A stretch of DNA of 64,000 bases from Candidatus Uhrbacteria bacterium RIFCSPHIGHO2_02_FULL_46_47 (GCA_001790815.1 MGDU01000001.1:2982-66981), one strand, 5' to 3'. Positions 38,137 to 49,192 are shown, counted from the first letter of the stretch. A program made the numbers and translations. Notes: a model not told the origin generated them from the sequence alone.

Positions 38137-39435
38137 ATGAAAGCATCTTTATTTCGCCTAACCATCCGATTCTGCATCAAATTATTGGCCTTTTTTGTAA
38201 TCCTTGGCAAATGGATAAATATATTTGGCCGTGCTGGCGGAAGAATTTTGCGCAGGGGTTTACATTATACATTGCCGGTTGTGCTGTTTTTCTATCTACG
38301 CGCGCGCAAACTTAAAGCACGATTTTTTCAATTCATCGCGCCAATTAAGGGACGCCTTATATATCTATTTGGACATCGTTATTTTATACACGCCCTGGTT
38401 GTACTTATCGTAGCAGTTGCCGCCTTCCCTTCATTTAGAGTTGCGGATGCCTCAGTAGGAAATCGCAGTGAAGAAATACCCTTGCGCATGCTTGTGCCAG
38501 ATGAAGATGAAGGAGAAAGCTTGATAGACGATACGCTTCCAGCGGAAGAACTTGAAAGTTATTTGGAGGCGTTTTTCCAGGATCAGCCCCCTTTGAAAAT
38601 GGAGAAAATAGAGGAAGATTTACCACTCAGTCTTGACGATGGCGCGCTTTTGCGTAAAGAATTGCCCGGCACGCGCATTCTTCCCACGCGTACAGATATT
38701 GTTGAGTATGAGGTGCGGGAGGGCGACACACTATGGGCTATTGCCGAGCAGTTTGGCCTTTCGGTCGCAACTGTTCTTTGGGAAAATAAACTCACCCTCT
38801 ACAGTACGATCAGGCCTGGACAAAAGCTGGCAATTCTTCCGATCTCCGGAGTCTCACATATTGTACGCAAGGGAGAAACGCTTGGCGCAATTTCAAAGCG
38901 ATACAGCACAGCACTTGATGAAGTTGTTGAACTCAATCAGCTTGCGGATGCGACAGCAGCGCTTACTCCCGGTATGAAATTAGTGATTCCAGGCGGCCGT
39001 CCATATAGCGCGCCACTGCCAGTTTTGCCGCGGCGCGAGGTGATCACGCCTCCATCGCGTGTTGCAACGCTAGGAGGAAAACTGCTTTGGCCGATTATTT
39101 CAAAGCGAATTACTCAGTATTTCACCTGGCGTCATGCTGGACTTGACATTGGCGATAAGACCGGTGCCCCAATCTATGCGATAGAGGACGGCGTAGTTGA
39201 AGCGGCAGGGTGGGGCCGCGGCGGTTGGGGTAATATGGTACTGGTGAATCATGGCAATGGCATGAAGACGCGTTACGCGCACGCCTCAAAAGTGCTGGTC
39301 AAGGCCGGTCAGCAAGTGACAAAAGGGCAAACCATCGCATCTGTGGGATCAACTGGGCGTTCTACCGGGCCACACCTGCACCTTACGATCTATGTAAATG
39401 GCCGGCCAGTGAATCCATTGCAGTACTTGCGCTAA
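38137..39435 (+). CDS. LysM-domain M23 family peptidoglycan endopeptidase
   Basis: Two LysM repeats (YEVREGDTLWAIAEQFG; HIVRKGETLGAISKRY) and a C-terminal M23 domain (HAGLDI, HLHLTIYVNG). Confidence 0.8.
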   Translation: MKASLFRLTIRFCIKLLAFFVILGKWINIFGRAGGRILRRGLHYTLPVVLFFYLRARKLKARFFQFIAPIKGRLIYLFGHRYFIHALVVLIVAVAAFPSFRVADASVGNRSEEIPLRMLVPDEDEGESLIDDTLPAEELESYLEAFFQDQPPLKMEKIEEDLPLSLDDGALLRKELPGTRILPTRTDIVEYEVREGDTLWAIAEQFGLSVATVLWENKLTLYSTIRPGQKLAILPISGVSHIVRKGETLGAISKRYSTALDEVVELNQLADATAALTPGMKLVIPGGRPYSAPLPVLPRREVITPPSRVATLGGKLLWPIISKRITQYFTWRHAGLDIGDKTGAPIYAIEDGVVEAAGWGRGGWGNMVLVNHGNGMKTRYAHASKVLVKAGQQVTKGQTIASVGSTGRSTGPHLHLTIYVNGRPVNPLQYLR

Positions 39436-39539
39436 GGCGGATATGACAACAATGCTGCCGCAATAGTAATTATTAACACATACAAACAAAACAACGCGGT
39501 GAAAATCCGCGTTGTTTTTAAATGAACCTCCCCGCAGCA

Positions 39540-39680
39540 AGCTGCGGGGTATCCTAAAATCTCCCCTCCCTTGACGGGAGGGGACTGAAACATCCTTAAT
39601 GGATGTTTCAGGGGAGGGTGAAAACAACATTCTATCACCCCCACCCTAACCCTCCCCCATCAAGGGGGAGGGAACTATAA
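39540..39680. repeat. intergenic cluster of three GC-rich palindromic mini-elements
   Basis: cccctcccttgacgggaggggac..., cagggga gggtg..., ccctcccccatcaagggggagggaac; same family as the in-gene insertions. Confidence 0.8.
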
Positions 39681-39985
39681 GGTAACCCTGTAGCAAGCTA
39701 CAGGGAATTGCAAGATTAAAAATTTTCTTTCCCCCAAAATGCGAAATCGTGAATTCGTTTTTGCCCCCAAAATCCAATACCAAGGAGATGACCCCACATC
39801 CTCAAGCCGAAGCATTTTCGCTTCGGCTTTTCTCTTTCCTAAGTTCCTGTGGTATAATGATTTTGATAAGCATCAAGGATATGCGCCACAATTATAAAAT
39901 AAAAACTTGGTCCGGCTATATTTGATTAGGATACTTTTCTAGTCAGCATTATTTTGCCACCACTAACCTATCTAATCTAATCATT

Positions 39986-40681
39986 ATGAAATACTTTCAT
40001 CAATTCATAACAAAGAAAAATGTGCTCTTTATAACCATTTTTGTGATTCTTGGATTTATCGCTTTACAGATTCCAGTAGCGCAACTGGCGGGATCGAAGG
40101 TCAAGTTTACCATCTATGACGCGTTTGCGCCTGTCGCAGGCTCGTTTATCGGAAGTATTCCAGGCGCAATAGCCGTCTTTCTTATGCAGTTTTTTAATTT
40201 TTTGGTTCACGGAGCGCAAATTGAAGACGCAGGAACGGTTATTCGCTTCTTCCCCCTGCTTTTTGCCGTGCTTTATTTCGCAAAGAAAGGAAAAGTAAAT
40301 ATCATCATACCCGTGCTCGCCATCGCGGCATTCATCGCGCATCCAATCGGTCGGACGGTCTGGTACTTCTCGATTTTCTGGCTTATCCCCATTGCCGCGC
40401 ATTTCTTCCGCGACCGGTTTCTCCTTGTCCGCGCGCTCGGGGCCACATTCACCGCGCACGCGGTTGGAGGCGCGTTGTGGATTTGGGTTTTTGCGCTTCC
40501 GGCCCCGGTTTGGAATTCCCTTATTCCCGTCGTTATCACAGAACGGCTGCTCTTTGCGCTTGGCATCAGCGGATCGTTTATTCTCGTAAATAACCTTCTT
40601 GGTTTCTTAGAAAAAAAACATCTTCTAAACATCGGCTTTTACATTGATCAGAAATATCTCGCTCCCATTCTTCGCCGTTAA
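39986..40681 (+). CDS. polytopic membrane protein (possible ECF-type substrate-capture component)
   Basis: 6 predicted TM helices, 231 aa; weak family assignment. Confidence 0.4.
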   Translation: MKYFHQFITKKNVLFITIFVILGFIALQIPVAQLAGSKVKFTIYDAFAPVAGSFIGSIPGAIAVFLMQFFNFLVHGAQIEDAGTVIRFFPLLFAVLYFAKKGKVNIIIPVLAIAAFIAHPIGRTVWYFSIFWLIPIAAHFFRDRFLLVRALGATFTAHAVGGALWIWVFALPAPVWNSLIPVVITERLLFALGISGSFILVNNLLGFLEKKHLLNIGFYIDQKYLAPILRR

Positions 40682-40685
40682 CAAA

Positions 40686-41228
40686 ATGCGCCCCCAACAT
40701 CTTCTACAACGTAAAACGCGTTTTATCGCGTTCGTTGCCGCAAGCATTGATGGACGCATTTCACTGTCAGAAAAGACTTTGCCGCGATGGACGAGTAAGG
40801 AAGATTGGCGATTTTTGGAACGTTCACTTTCGCGCGCGGATGCCGTTGTTGTCGGCCGTAATACCTACGCAGCGGCCGCGAAGCGATTACGCAAACGAAA
40901 TACGTTTGTTCTCTCAAACCGCTTGAAAGCGATGGCGCGCAGGGGAAGTGTAACATTCGTTAATCCAGCGAACGTTGATCTAGCCTCCTTGCTTGCAAAA
41001 TATAAGACAGTGGCCGTACTCGGTGGTGGAACGGTATACCGCTTCATGTTGGAAAGTGGACTTCTGGACGAGATTTTTATTACTGTTGAGCCGCTCATCT
41101 TCGGTCACGGAAAGGAGATGTTTGTCGGCGGCACTGTAACAACACGAGTTAGTTTGCTGTCTGTAAAACGGCTCAATCGCGCCGGCACGCTCTTGCTTCA
41201 CTATCAGATTAACCATCAACAACTATGA
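40686..41228 (+). CDS. RibD C-terminal-domain / DHFR-like reductase family protein
   Basis: FVAASIDGRISL and VLGGGTVYRF motifs. Confidence 0.55.
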   Translation: MRPQHLLQRKTRFIAFVAASIDGRISLSEKTLPRWTSKEDWRFLERSLSRADAVVVGRNTYAAAAKRLRKRNTFVLSNRLKAMARRGSVTFVNPANVDLASLLAKYKTVAVLGGGTVYRFMLESGLLDEIFITVEPLIFGHGKEMFVGGTVTTRVSLLSVKRLNRAGTLLLHYQINHQQL

Positions 41229-41935
41229 TCATCCGACCAATTAAAACGCATGTTTTTCAAGAGGGTGACGATTTGTTTGCTTTCATTACGGACTACTTCA
41301 AAAAGCTTCCAGAAAAATCCGTAGTTGTCATTACTTCCAAAATCGTCGCCCTTGCGGAAAGACGAACGGCTATCGCAGAAAATGCGCAGATGAAAGAGAA
41401 ACTGATCCGCGCAGAAAGCGAGTTTGCCATTCCCACTAAATACGTTTGGCTCACAGTTAAGGATGGAATGGTCATGGCTTCTGCTGGAATTGACGAGTCA
41501 AACGCAAACGGCAAGCTCATTCTTCTGCCAAAAGACAGTTTTAAAACTTCTCGCTTTCTGCGCAATAAATTGCGAGAGCATTATGACGTGAAACATCTCG
41601 GCGTTCTGATTACCGACAGCCGTATAATACCGCTTCGCGTCGGCGTGACCGGCTTCGCTCTCGGATATGCTGGTTTTCGTGGTGTGAAAGACTATCGCGG
41701 AACGCCGGATATTTTCGGGAGAAAATTCAAATTTTCTCGCACCGATGTTGCCGATAGTCTCGCAACAGCCGCAACTTGCGTCATGGGCGAAGGAAACGAA
41801 CAGCAACCTTTGGCAATTATTGAAAAGGCACCGATTGAATTTTGTGATAAAATTCACCGCAAGGAATTGCATATCGACATTCAGGAAGATATGTACCGAC
41901 CTCTCTTTTCAAAATTGCCCAAACCGAAAAGATAA
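41225..41935 (+). CDS. CofE-like (F420-0:gamma-glutamyl ligase family, PF01996-like) protein
   Basis: VVVITSKIVALAE...ASAGID...LGVLITDS pattern; 4-bp overlap with the reductase gene. Confidence 0.5.
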   Translation: MIIRPIKTHVFQEGDDLFAFITDYFKKLPEKSVVVITSKIVALAERRTAIAENAQMKEKLIRAESEFAIPTKYVWLTVKDGMVMASAGIDESNANGKLILLPKDSFKTSRFLRNKLREHYDVKHLGVLITDSRIIPLRVGVTGFALGYAGFRGVKDYRGTPDIFGRKFKFSRTDVADSLATAATCVMGEGNEQQPLAIIEKAPIEFCDKIHRKELHIDIQEDMYRPLFSKLPKPKR

Positions 41936-42275
41936 TTTACTGCATTTTCACTTCGTTCAAATGCAGTATTCTTGAATTAGTCCGAACGCATTTCGCCGCC
42001 TGCGGCGGCGAGGGAGTCCCCTCGCGAAATTCCGAAATCTCGGCTCCGCCGCACCGCTGACAATTTTCCCGCCACATATTTTAAACTTTTGGAAGGCGGG
42101 ATTGCGTTTTGTAACTTCGCTTCGCTCAGACAAAACGGGAACAAGTTTTTCTTTGGTGGCAAATTCTTTTATGAAAATTCTTAATTCAAAAATTAAAAAA
42201 GAAAGCGGGCGGGACACTTATCGTGCCACGCCCGTGATTGTGCGGTTGCCATCTTCGTACCGCCGCGGTTATGAG

Positions 42276-42695
42276 TCAGCGATGACTCTGGTCGGCGTCG
42301 AGGACCGCTTGGCTTCCGCCGATGAACAGAGCGTGGAAGTAGCTGTCGCGGAGCGCTTCCTTGATTTCGTCCAGATTCGGCGCGTCCTCGTAGCCCTGCG
42401 GCGTCAGAATGACCCGCTGATCGTTCACCGGCTTGCCATGGAAGACGTGGTTTCCGTCTGTGAGGCCGATGTACCAGCCGCGGTCGAACTCGCACTCCTT
42501 CAGTGCACAGGTGTTGGGGCCTCCGGTGGGAACTGCCGTCGCCTTGACTGGGGGGTCGAAGCGATAATACTTCCCACGAACCAGTTTCTGCTGCGCCGCG
42601 TTGTTGGCGACGACATGGTCTGCCGTCATTGTGTCTCTCATCGGAAACTGCATGGCGTTTTGCCTCCTCTCAAGGTTCAGGTTTCGTCGCCGCAA
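42276..42695 (-). CDS. hypothetical protein (GC-rich), copy 1 of the tandemly duplicated gene
   Basis: Most protein-like frame in the repeat unit; likely start at internal MQFPMRD. Confidence 0.4.
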   Translation of the reverse strand: MRRRNLNLERRQNAMQFPMRDTMTADHVVANNAAQQKLVRGKYYRFDPPVKATAVPTGGPNTCALKECEFDRGWYIGLTDGNHVFHGKPVNDQRVILTPQGYEDAPNLDEIKEALRDSYFHALFIGGSQAVLDADQSHR

Positions 42696-43195
42696 CGTGC
42701 AGGCAACGACTATCGGTCTATGATTCCGATAATGTTCAATGTTAGCATACTACGCCATAAAAGTCAAGAGGCGGCAAGTGCCGCCTCTTGGGAGTATTTG
42801 AAAAATTTTTCTTTTCTGCTTCTACAAAATATGGTTCCCGCTCAAATCTTATTTGAGCGAGGCTCGCTCAGATTTCTGAGCGGCGAGCCGACCTGCGCTT
42901 CGCCGAGGCTTCGGCAAGGCGAGTGTTTTTCTACGGGTTCTTTTGCGGTTTTGATTCGTGCGGCGGAGCCGCACCGCTGACAATTTTCCCGCCACATATT
43001 TTAAACTTTTGGAAGGCGGGATTGCGTTTTGTAACTTCGCTTCGCTCAGACAAAACGGGAACAAGTTTTTCTTTGGTGGCAAATTCTTTTATGAAAATTC
43101 TTAATTCAAAAATTAAAAAAGAAAGCGGGCGGGACACTTATCGTGCCACGCCCGTGATTGTGCGGTTGCCATCTTCGTACCGCCGCGGTTATGAG

Positions 43196-43615
43196 TCAGC
43201 GATGACTCTGGTCGGCGTCGAGGACCGCTTGGCTTCCGCCGATGAACAGAGCGTGGAAGTAGCTGTCGCGGAGCGCTTCCTTGATTTCGTCCAGATTCGG
43301 CGCGTCCTCGTAGCCCTGCGGCGTCAGAATGACCCGCTGATCGTTCACCGGCTTGCCATGGAAGACGTGGTTTCCGTCTGTGAGGCCGATGTACCAGCCG
43401 CGGTCGAACTCGCACTCCTTCAGTGCACAGGTGTTGGGGCCTCCGGTGGGAACTGCCGTCGCCTTGACTGGGGGGTCGAAGCGATAATACTTCCCACGAA
43501 CCAGTTTCTGCTGCGCCGCGTTGTTGGCGACGACATGGTCTGCCGTCATTGTGTCTCTCATCGGAAACTGCATGGCGTTTTGCCTCCTCTCAAGGTTCAG
43601 GTTTCGTCGCCGCAA
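43196..43615 (-). CDS. hypothetical protein, copy 2 (100% identical)
   Basis: Identical translation to 42276..42695. Confidence 0.4.
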   Translation of the reverse strand: MRRRNLNLERRQNAMQFPMRDTMTADHVVANNAAQQKLVRGKYYRFDPPVKATAVPTGGPNTCALKECEFDRGWYIGLTDGNHVFHGKPVNDQRVILTPQGYEDAPNLDEIKEALRDSYFHALFIGGSQAVLDADQSHR

Positions 43616-44151
43616 CGTGCAGGCAACGACTATCGGTCTATGATTCCGATAATGTTCAATGTTAGCATACTACGCCATAAAAGTCAAGAGGCGGCAAGTG
43701 CCGCCTCTTGGGAGTATTTGAAAAATTTTTCTTTTCTGCTTCTACAAAATATGGTTCCCGCTCAAATCTTATTTGAGCGAGGCTCGCTCAGATTTCTGAG
43801 CGGCGAGCCGACCTGCGCTTCGCCGAGGCTTCGGCAAGGCGAGTGTTTTTCTACGGGTTCTTTTGCGGTTTTGATTCGTGCGGCGGAGCCGCACCGCTGA
43901 CAATTTTCCCGCCACATATTTTAAACTTTTGGAAGGCGGGATTGCGTTTTGTAACTTCGCTTCGCTCAGACAAAACGGGAACAAGTTTTTCCCTGCCTGC
44001 CGGCAGGCAGGTTTGGCGGCATTCAATCCAAGAATTCGCGAAGCGAATATTTAAAGAATATAGGATTTTAAAAATGATGACAACAACGACAATGAGAAAA
44101 GAGAAACAGGCCGAACGCTCTTACGAACGCTGGCCTGTTGGTTGTGGTTTC

Positions 44152-44643
44152 TCACGGCAGTTCTCCGTTCAGGATTTCCTGCCACGAGTTCACCTGCTTG
44201 ACCCGGTTGAGGAAGCGAGCGTATCGCCGCACTTCATCGGGACGTGGCTGAAAGAGATAGAGCGTGCTCACCGTGGCGAGGTTGCCCAAGATTTCCAATC
44301 GGTCGTCAACGAAGTGGGTGATGCCCAACTCCTCGCAGATACTGGCCTTCTCGTGTCTCTCACGGCAGAAGCGAACACGCTCGCGTCCGATTCCGGTGAG
44401 GTCGTAGAAGCGGTGATGGTCGAGCCATTGCAGGGTTTTGTCCTGCACGCGCTGACCGCACTTCGAGACAAGGAATACCTTGTCGCCGAACCGCTTCTCC
44501 ACGAGCTGGCGCAGAGCGTCGAAGACGCCCGGCACTGCCGTAGTCCGCAGGTAATTGTCAGTGAAGAACGAGGTATCGGTTCCGTCGTTCACTCGGTTGA
44601 TGATGACGCCGCCGATATCGACGCCAAGCGTTTCTGCATTCAA
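44152..44643 (-). CDS. hypothetical HAD-like / 5'-nucleotidase-like protein (GC-rich)
   Basis: N-terminal GVDIGGVII resembles HAD motif I; the opposite-strand ORF 43843..44679 is rejected. Confidence 0.35.
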   Translation of the reverse strand: MNAETLGVDIGGVIINRVNDGTDTSFFTDNYLRTTAVPGVFDALRQLVEKRFGDKVFLVSKCGQRVQDKTLQWLDHHRFYDLTGIGRERVRFCRERHEKASICEELGITHFVDDRLEILGNLATVSTLYLFQPRPDEVRRYARFLNRVKQVNSWQEILNGELP

Positions 44644-44878
44644 CGTTCTGTCCTCCTATCAAGGTACGTTTTAACCTAAGCACCATGCCTAGATTTGAAA
44701 GCAATCATAGCATATCCAGTCTAATACGTCAAGAAGCGGCGTTTGGCCGCTTCTTGGAAAGAATCAGTAGGATTAAAAAATTTTCTTCCCCCAAAATTAA
44801 AATATGGTTCCCGCTCAAATCTTATTTGAGCGAGGCTCGCTCAGATTTCTGAGCGGCAAGCCGATGTTTTTTCCTAAT

Positions 44879-44950
44879 TGCGCCCGGAGGGAATCGAACC
44901 CCCACCAACAGGTTCGAAGCCTGTTATGATATCCATTTCACCACGGGCGC
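44879..44950 (-). tRNA. tRNA-Arg (anticodon TCG)
   Basis: Reverse complement GCGCCCGUGGUGAAAUGGAUAUCAUAACAGGCUUCGAACCUGUUGGUGGGGGUUCGAUUCCCUCCGGGCGCA; anticodon loop CUUCGAA. Confidence 0.7.
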
Positions 44951-44963
44951 GTTACAATGTTTT

Positions 44964-45662
44964 TTAAATTTTCTCTTCCCACTTGCTTTTGAGAGCCGCT
45001 TCAGCCGCGGACATCTGCGCTTCTTGTTTGGAAGTGCCAAAGCCCTCGGCAATCATAATGTCGCCGATGTAAACCCCGATTTTAAATTGTTTGGCATGAT
45101 CCGGACCAATCTCGGAGAGTACGCGGTAAGAAGGAGTCATTGCCATTTTTTCCTGCACTAGTTCTTGAAAATGGCTCTTGGCGTCCACATATAATCCGTA
45201 CTCAATAATATGCGGAAGTTTTGTAAGAACTTCGCGTTTGGTAAAAGTTGTGGCAACTTCCATCCCCTGATCAAGATAAATCGCGCCAATGACCGCTTCA
45301 ATCGCGTTGGCCAAAATAATCTGACGCGCTTTGGATCCGGTGTCTTTGGCTTCTCCGCGCGACAAAAATAAATAATCATCCAAACCAATGTCCTTAGCAA
45401 TTTCCGCCATCATTTTCGCGTTAACCAGCGCCGCGCGCCAGTTGGTAAGCTCTCCTTCGGGATTGGGGTAGTGATTGTATAGGTGTTCGGTAACGGCAAG
45501 CTCCAGAACCGCGTCGCCCAGAAATTCCAGCCGTTCGTTTTGCGGAAGATGGAATGCGGGATTCTCATTAAGATAAGAGCGATGGACAAGCGCTTGCTTT
45601 AAAAGGTCCTGATTTTTAAATGTGACACCAAGGGTGTGTTCAAGTTTTGACCAATCTTTCAT
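44964..45662 (-). CDS. rnc: ribonuclease III
   Basis: ERLEFLGDAVLELAVTEHLY RNase III signature plus C-terminal dsRBD. Confidence 0.85.
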   Translation of the reverse strand: MKDWSKLEHTLGVTFKNQDLLKQALVHRSYLNENPAFHLPQNERLEFLGDAVLELAVTEHLYNHYPNPEGELTNWRAALVNAKMMAEIAKDIGLDDYLFLSRGEAKDTGSKARQIILANAIEAVIGAIYLDQGMEVATTFTKREVLTKLPHIIEYGLYVDAKSHFQELVQEKMAMTPSYRVLSEIGPDHAKQFKIGVYIGDIMIAEGFGTSKQEAQMSAAEAALKSKWEEKI

Positions 45663-45709
45663 ATTGAGTCGTCAGTTATCAGTCAGCAGTTCACAGCATT
45701 GAAATTTAA

Positions 45710-46186
45710 TTACTGCGAACCGTGAACTGATGTCTGTGAACTACGTTTGTCCACTTCTTTAATTTCTCCCTGCGCGGTCATATCCCGATAGATTGCGCCA
45801 AGTACCCCGTTTATAAATTTTCCCGAGGATTCGCCGCCAAAAGTCTTAGCCAGCTCAATAGCTTCGTTAATTGCCACTCGCGCTGGAATTTCAGGGTTAA
45901 ACCTAAGCTCGTAGACGCCGATGCGCAAGACATTGCGGTCAACCAGGGTAATTTGCTCAAGCGGCCATTGCGGCGCGTACTTGGTAATCAGTCCTTCAAT
46001 TGCGTCAAGATTTGTGAGAATTCCGTTTACTGTGGTTTCTACAAACTGCACATCATCAAACTCAGGCGCGAATTCTTTAAGATTGCCTTCAAGCGATCGT
46101 TGCAATTCCTCAACATCCTTGCCACGAAAATCCCATTGGTAAAGGGATTGCATGATGATCGTGCGCCCTAAGTGGCGGTTGGCCAT
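45710..46186 (-). CDS. nusB: transcription antitermination factor NusB-like
   Basis: [14 protein letters not shown]...[15 protein letters not shown] pattern; start moved to internal Met. Confidence 0.65.
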   Translation of the reverse strand: MANRHLGRTIIMQSLYQWDFRGKDVEELQRSLEGNLKEFAPEFDDVQFVETTVNGILTNLDAIEGLITKYAPQWPLEQITLVDRNVLRIGVYELRFNPEIPARVAINEAIELAKTFGGESSGKFINGVLGAIYRDMTAQGEIKEVDKRSSQTSVHGSQ

Positions 46187-46187
46187 A

Positions 46188-46382
46188 CTATTTTTTCTTT
46201 CCCTTGAGGGGAATAGCAATAACTTGTCGGCCCTTGTAATAGCCGCAGTGCGGGCAGACGTGGTGAGGCAAGACTGCTTTGCCGCAGTGCGGGCACTTGG
46301 TAGTTCCTGCTCCAGCAAGCGCAAAATGCGCCGCGCGGCGGCGTTTATGAGAAGAGGTCCTTCGATGTCCAGGTAAACCCAT
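46188..46382 (-). CDS. rpmF: 50S ribosomal protein L32
   Basis: KRRRAAH... CPHCG...[10 protein letters not shown] zinc-ribbon L32 signature. Confidence 0.7.
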   Translation of the reverse strand: MGLPGHRRTSSHKRRRAAHFALAGAGTTKCPHCGKAVLPHHVCPHCGYYKGRQVIAIPLKGKKK

Positions 46383-46496
46383 ATAAATATGATACGAATC
46401 TACAAATTATTATACGAATCAACTAATATACGAATCCACGAATAATTCGTATATTCGGAGATTCGTCAGATATTCGCTGATTCGTATCCTACTATA

Positions 46497-48947
46497 TCAC
46501 ACAAACGTTACGCTGGCAACTCTGTCGTTCACTTCTTTAAATCTCATCACCCTGACACCTTGGGTAGCGCGACCCTGCAGTGAAATGGTGCGGAAGGCAG
46601 TGCGCAGAACTTGTCCTTTTTTGGAAATTACAATCAGATCGCGTTCATCTTTAGCGTTGGCAATAAAGGCGCCAATAACATCGCCGGTTTTCTCAGTTAC
46701 TTTTGCCGTTTTAATGCCTGATCCGCCACGACGTTGTATTTTATAAGATTTTACATCGGTGCGTTTGCCAAACCCATTTTCCATCAGTACAAAAAGTTCC
46801 ATCATGCCTTTTTCAACAAGTTTGCTATCCAGCACATCCATGCCAATTACCCGATCTTTTCCCTTAAGGCGCGCGCCGCGCACGCCGGAGGCCACCCTTC
46901 CCATTGGTCGCACATCCGCTTCCTTAAAGCGGATAGATTGTCCCAGTGAAGTAATCAACATCACTTCATCTTTGCCGGACGACGGTTTTACCCATTCCAG
47001 ATTGTCTTCCGGTTTAAGTTTAATAGCAATGAGTCCTGAACGGCGTACTACTTCAAAATCTTCCAAATCCACTTTTTTAATTAAACCCTTGCTGGTAACC
47101 ATGACCAGATATTTATAATCGCCAAGCTCTTTCAAGGAAAGCACATCCGATACTTTTTCACCCGGCGCAAGTTCTAAGAAATTTACAACCGCCTGACCTT
47201 TTGCAGTTCTGGTGGCTTGTGGAACTTCATAGGCCTTAAGCTTAAATACCCGGCCGCGGCTGGTAAAGAAAAGCAGATCCGCATGAGTTGTGGTGGTAAA
47301 AAGATGTTCTACCACATCTTCTTCTTTGGTGGTCACCCCGATTACTCCTTTGCCACCACGCCCTTGTCGTTTAAAAGTTTCCGGCGGCAGGCGCTTGATA
47401 TAGCCGTCAGCAGTAATCATAACAATGGTGGCCTCATCCGGGATAAGATCCTCAGCGCGGAATTCTTTAACCGCATGGGCGACAATCTCCGTGCGTCGCT
47501 TGTCGCTATATTTTTTTGTGAGCTCCTCAATTTCATTTTTGATAATGCTCAGGATTTTTTTTGAGGAAGCCAGAATAGATTCTAATTCTTTAATAAGTTC
47601 AAGTTTTTCCTTAAGTTCGGTTTCAACTTTGAGTCGTTCAAGATTGGCAAGCTGCTGCAGGCGCATCTCTAAAATAGCAATGGCTTGGATTTCCATGAGT
47701 TTAAATTTTTTAATTAAGTTTTCCTTGGCCTCATCGCGATCCTCAGATTTTTTGATGGTGGAAATTACTTGATCAATGTGAAGGATTGCGATTTTAAGAC
47801 CTTCAAGGATATGCGCCCGTTCTTTGGCGCGCGCAAGATCGTAAGAGGTGCGCTTGCGGATGACATCTTGACGATGTTTTAGATATTCTTCCAAAATACT
47901 TTTAAGATTCAATACGCGCGGTTGAATTCCATCAACCAGCGCAAGCATGTTGACATGAAAAGTGGTTTGGAGCGAGGTAGAATCAAATAATTGATTAAGA
48001 ACCTTTTTGGGATAAGCGTCTTTTTTAAGTTCAACAACAATGCGCACGCCTTCTTTATTGTTGCTCTCATCCCGCAAGTCGCGGATGCCCTCCAATTTTT
48101 TATCACGCACAAGATCCGCGATGTGCGTTAGAAGATCGGCTTTATTTACGCCATAAGGAACTTCAGTCACGATAATTTTGGAAACATCAACAATTTCCGC
48201 TCGCCCGCGCATGACAATGGATCCTTTGCCAGTTGCGTAGGCCTGCTTAATATCTTCTTTGTTATAGATGATGCCGCCGGTTGGAAAATCCGGCCCGGGC
48301 ACGAATTTTATAAGATCTTCAACTGTACACTCCGGATTTTCAATAAGATGCGCGGTGGCCTGACAAATCTCGCCTACATTATGCGGCGGGATATTTGTAG
48401 CCATGCCAACCGCGATGCCTAAAGTGCCATTTAAAAGCAAGTTAGGAAGTTTCGCGGGAAGCACGCGCGGTTCTTTATGAGTGCCGTCATAGTTGGGGAC
48501 AAAAGCAACTGTTTCTTTTTCAATATCTTGCAAAAGTTCTTCGGAAATTCCTGCCAGCTTTGCCTCGGTATACCTCATAGCCGCCGCAGCATCCCCATCC
48601 ATGGAACCAAAGTTGCCCTGTCCCCAGATAAGCGGGTAGCGTAAAGAAAAATCCTGTGCCATGCGCACCATGGAATCGTAAACGGCCACATCGCCGTGCG
48701 GATGATATTTGCCAAGCACTTCACCAACCACCGTTGCGGATTTGCGGAATTTCGCGCCAGGTTTAAGCCCGACGTTCCACATCGCGTACAAAATCCTGCG
48801 GTGCACGGGCTTTAATCCATCGCGCACGTCAGGCAGCGCGCGGGCGACAATAACCGACATTGCGTAATCCAAATAGGACTCCTGCATTTCATCCACAATA
48901 GGGCGGGCTTCCAGTTTTCCTACGCGATTTATTTTTTCATTCGGCAT
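46497..48947 (-). CDS. gyrA: DNA gyrase subunit A
   Basis: [33 protein letters not shown] region; C-terminal beta-pinwheel repeats; 816 aa. Confidence 0.9.
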   Translation of the reverse strand: MPNEKINRVGKLEARPIVDEMQESYLDYAMSVIVARALPDVRDGLKPVHRRILYAMWNVGLKPGAKFRKSATVVGEVLGKYHPHGDVAVYDSMVRMAQDFSLRYPLIWGQGNFGSMDGDAAAAMRYTEAKLAGISEELLQDIEKETVAFVPNYDGTHKEPRVLPAKLPNLLLNGTLGIAVGMATNIPPHNVGEICQATAHLIENPECTVEDLIKFVPGPDFPTGGIIYNKEDIKQAYATGKGSIVMRGRAEIVDVSKIIVTEVPYGVNKADLLTHIADLVRDKKLEGIRDLRDESNNKEGVRIVVELKKDAYPKKVLNQLFDSTSLQTTFHVNMLALVDGIQPRVLNLKSILEEYLKHRQDVIRKRTSYDLARAKERAHILEGLKIAILHIDQVISTIKKSEDRDEAKENLIKKFKLMEIQAIAILEMRLQQLANLERLKVETELKEKLELIKELESILASSKKILSIIKNEIEELTKKYSDKRRTEIVAHAVKEFRAEDLIPDEATIVMITADGYIKRLPPETFKRQGRGGKGVIGVTTKEEDVVEHLFTTTTHADLLFFTSRGRVFKLKAYEVPQATRTAKGQAVVNFLELAPGEKVSDVLSLKELGDYKYLVMVTSKGLIKKVDLEDFEVVRRSGLIAIKLKPEDNLEWVKPSSGKDEVMLITSLGQSIRFKEADVRPMGRVASGVRGARLKGKDRVIGMDVLDSKLVEKGMMELFVLMENGFGKRTDVKSYKIQRRGGSGIKTAKVTEKTGDVIGAFIANAKDERDLIVISKKGQVLRTAFRTISLQGRATQGVRVMRFKEVNDRVASVTFV

Positions 48948-48953
48948 ACCATA

Positions 48954-49190
48954 CTATTTTAGGCGATCAAGTTGTTGTTTGAAATCATCCCAGCTTCCTC
49001 CAAGTTGTTTCTGAGTTTGTTTTAAGGCGGATAGCGGGGAAGGATATTTTTTTTGATTAAGCGAAAAGGTCGTGCGCAAGGATACAAGCCAGATGGTGAA
49101 TACAACGGCGGCCACGCACACCACGCCAACTACTAATAATTGGCGTCTGGCTTTGGCTATTTTTTCTTCCTCTTCCATACTTCGCCACAC
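48954..49190 (-). CDS. small single-TM hypothetical protein
   Basis: ORF track; one hydrophobic helix. Confidence 0.3.
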   Translation of the reverse strand: MWRSMEEEEKIAKARRQLLVVGVVCVAAVVFTIWLVSLRTTFSLNQKKYPSPLSALKQTQKQLGGSWDDFKQQLDRLK

Positions 49191-49192
49191 AT

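Larger units (their letters stand above)
42050..43990. repeat. perfect tandem duplication, 920-bp unit x ~2.1 (copies at 42050-42969 and 42970-43889, partial copy 43890-43990)
   Basis: The ORF track shows identical ORF pairs offset by exactly 920 bp (42193..42495=43113..43415; 42276..42695=43196..43615); junction sequence gccgcaccgctgacaattttcccgcc recurs at 42050, 42970 and 43890. Confidence 0.9.

Noticed and set aside
42102-43900. 292- and 325-aa plus-strand ORFs across the tandem repeat
   Set aside because: Arg-rich and low-complexity; antisense to the more protein-like duplicated minus-strand ORF; their length is inflated by the repeat
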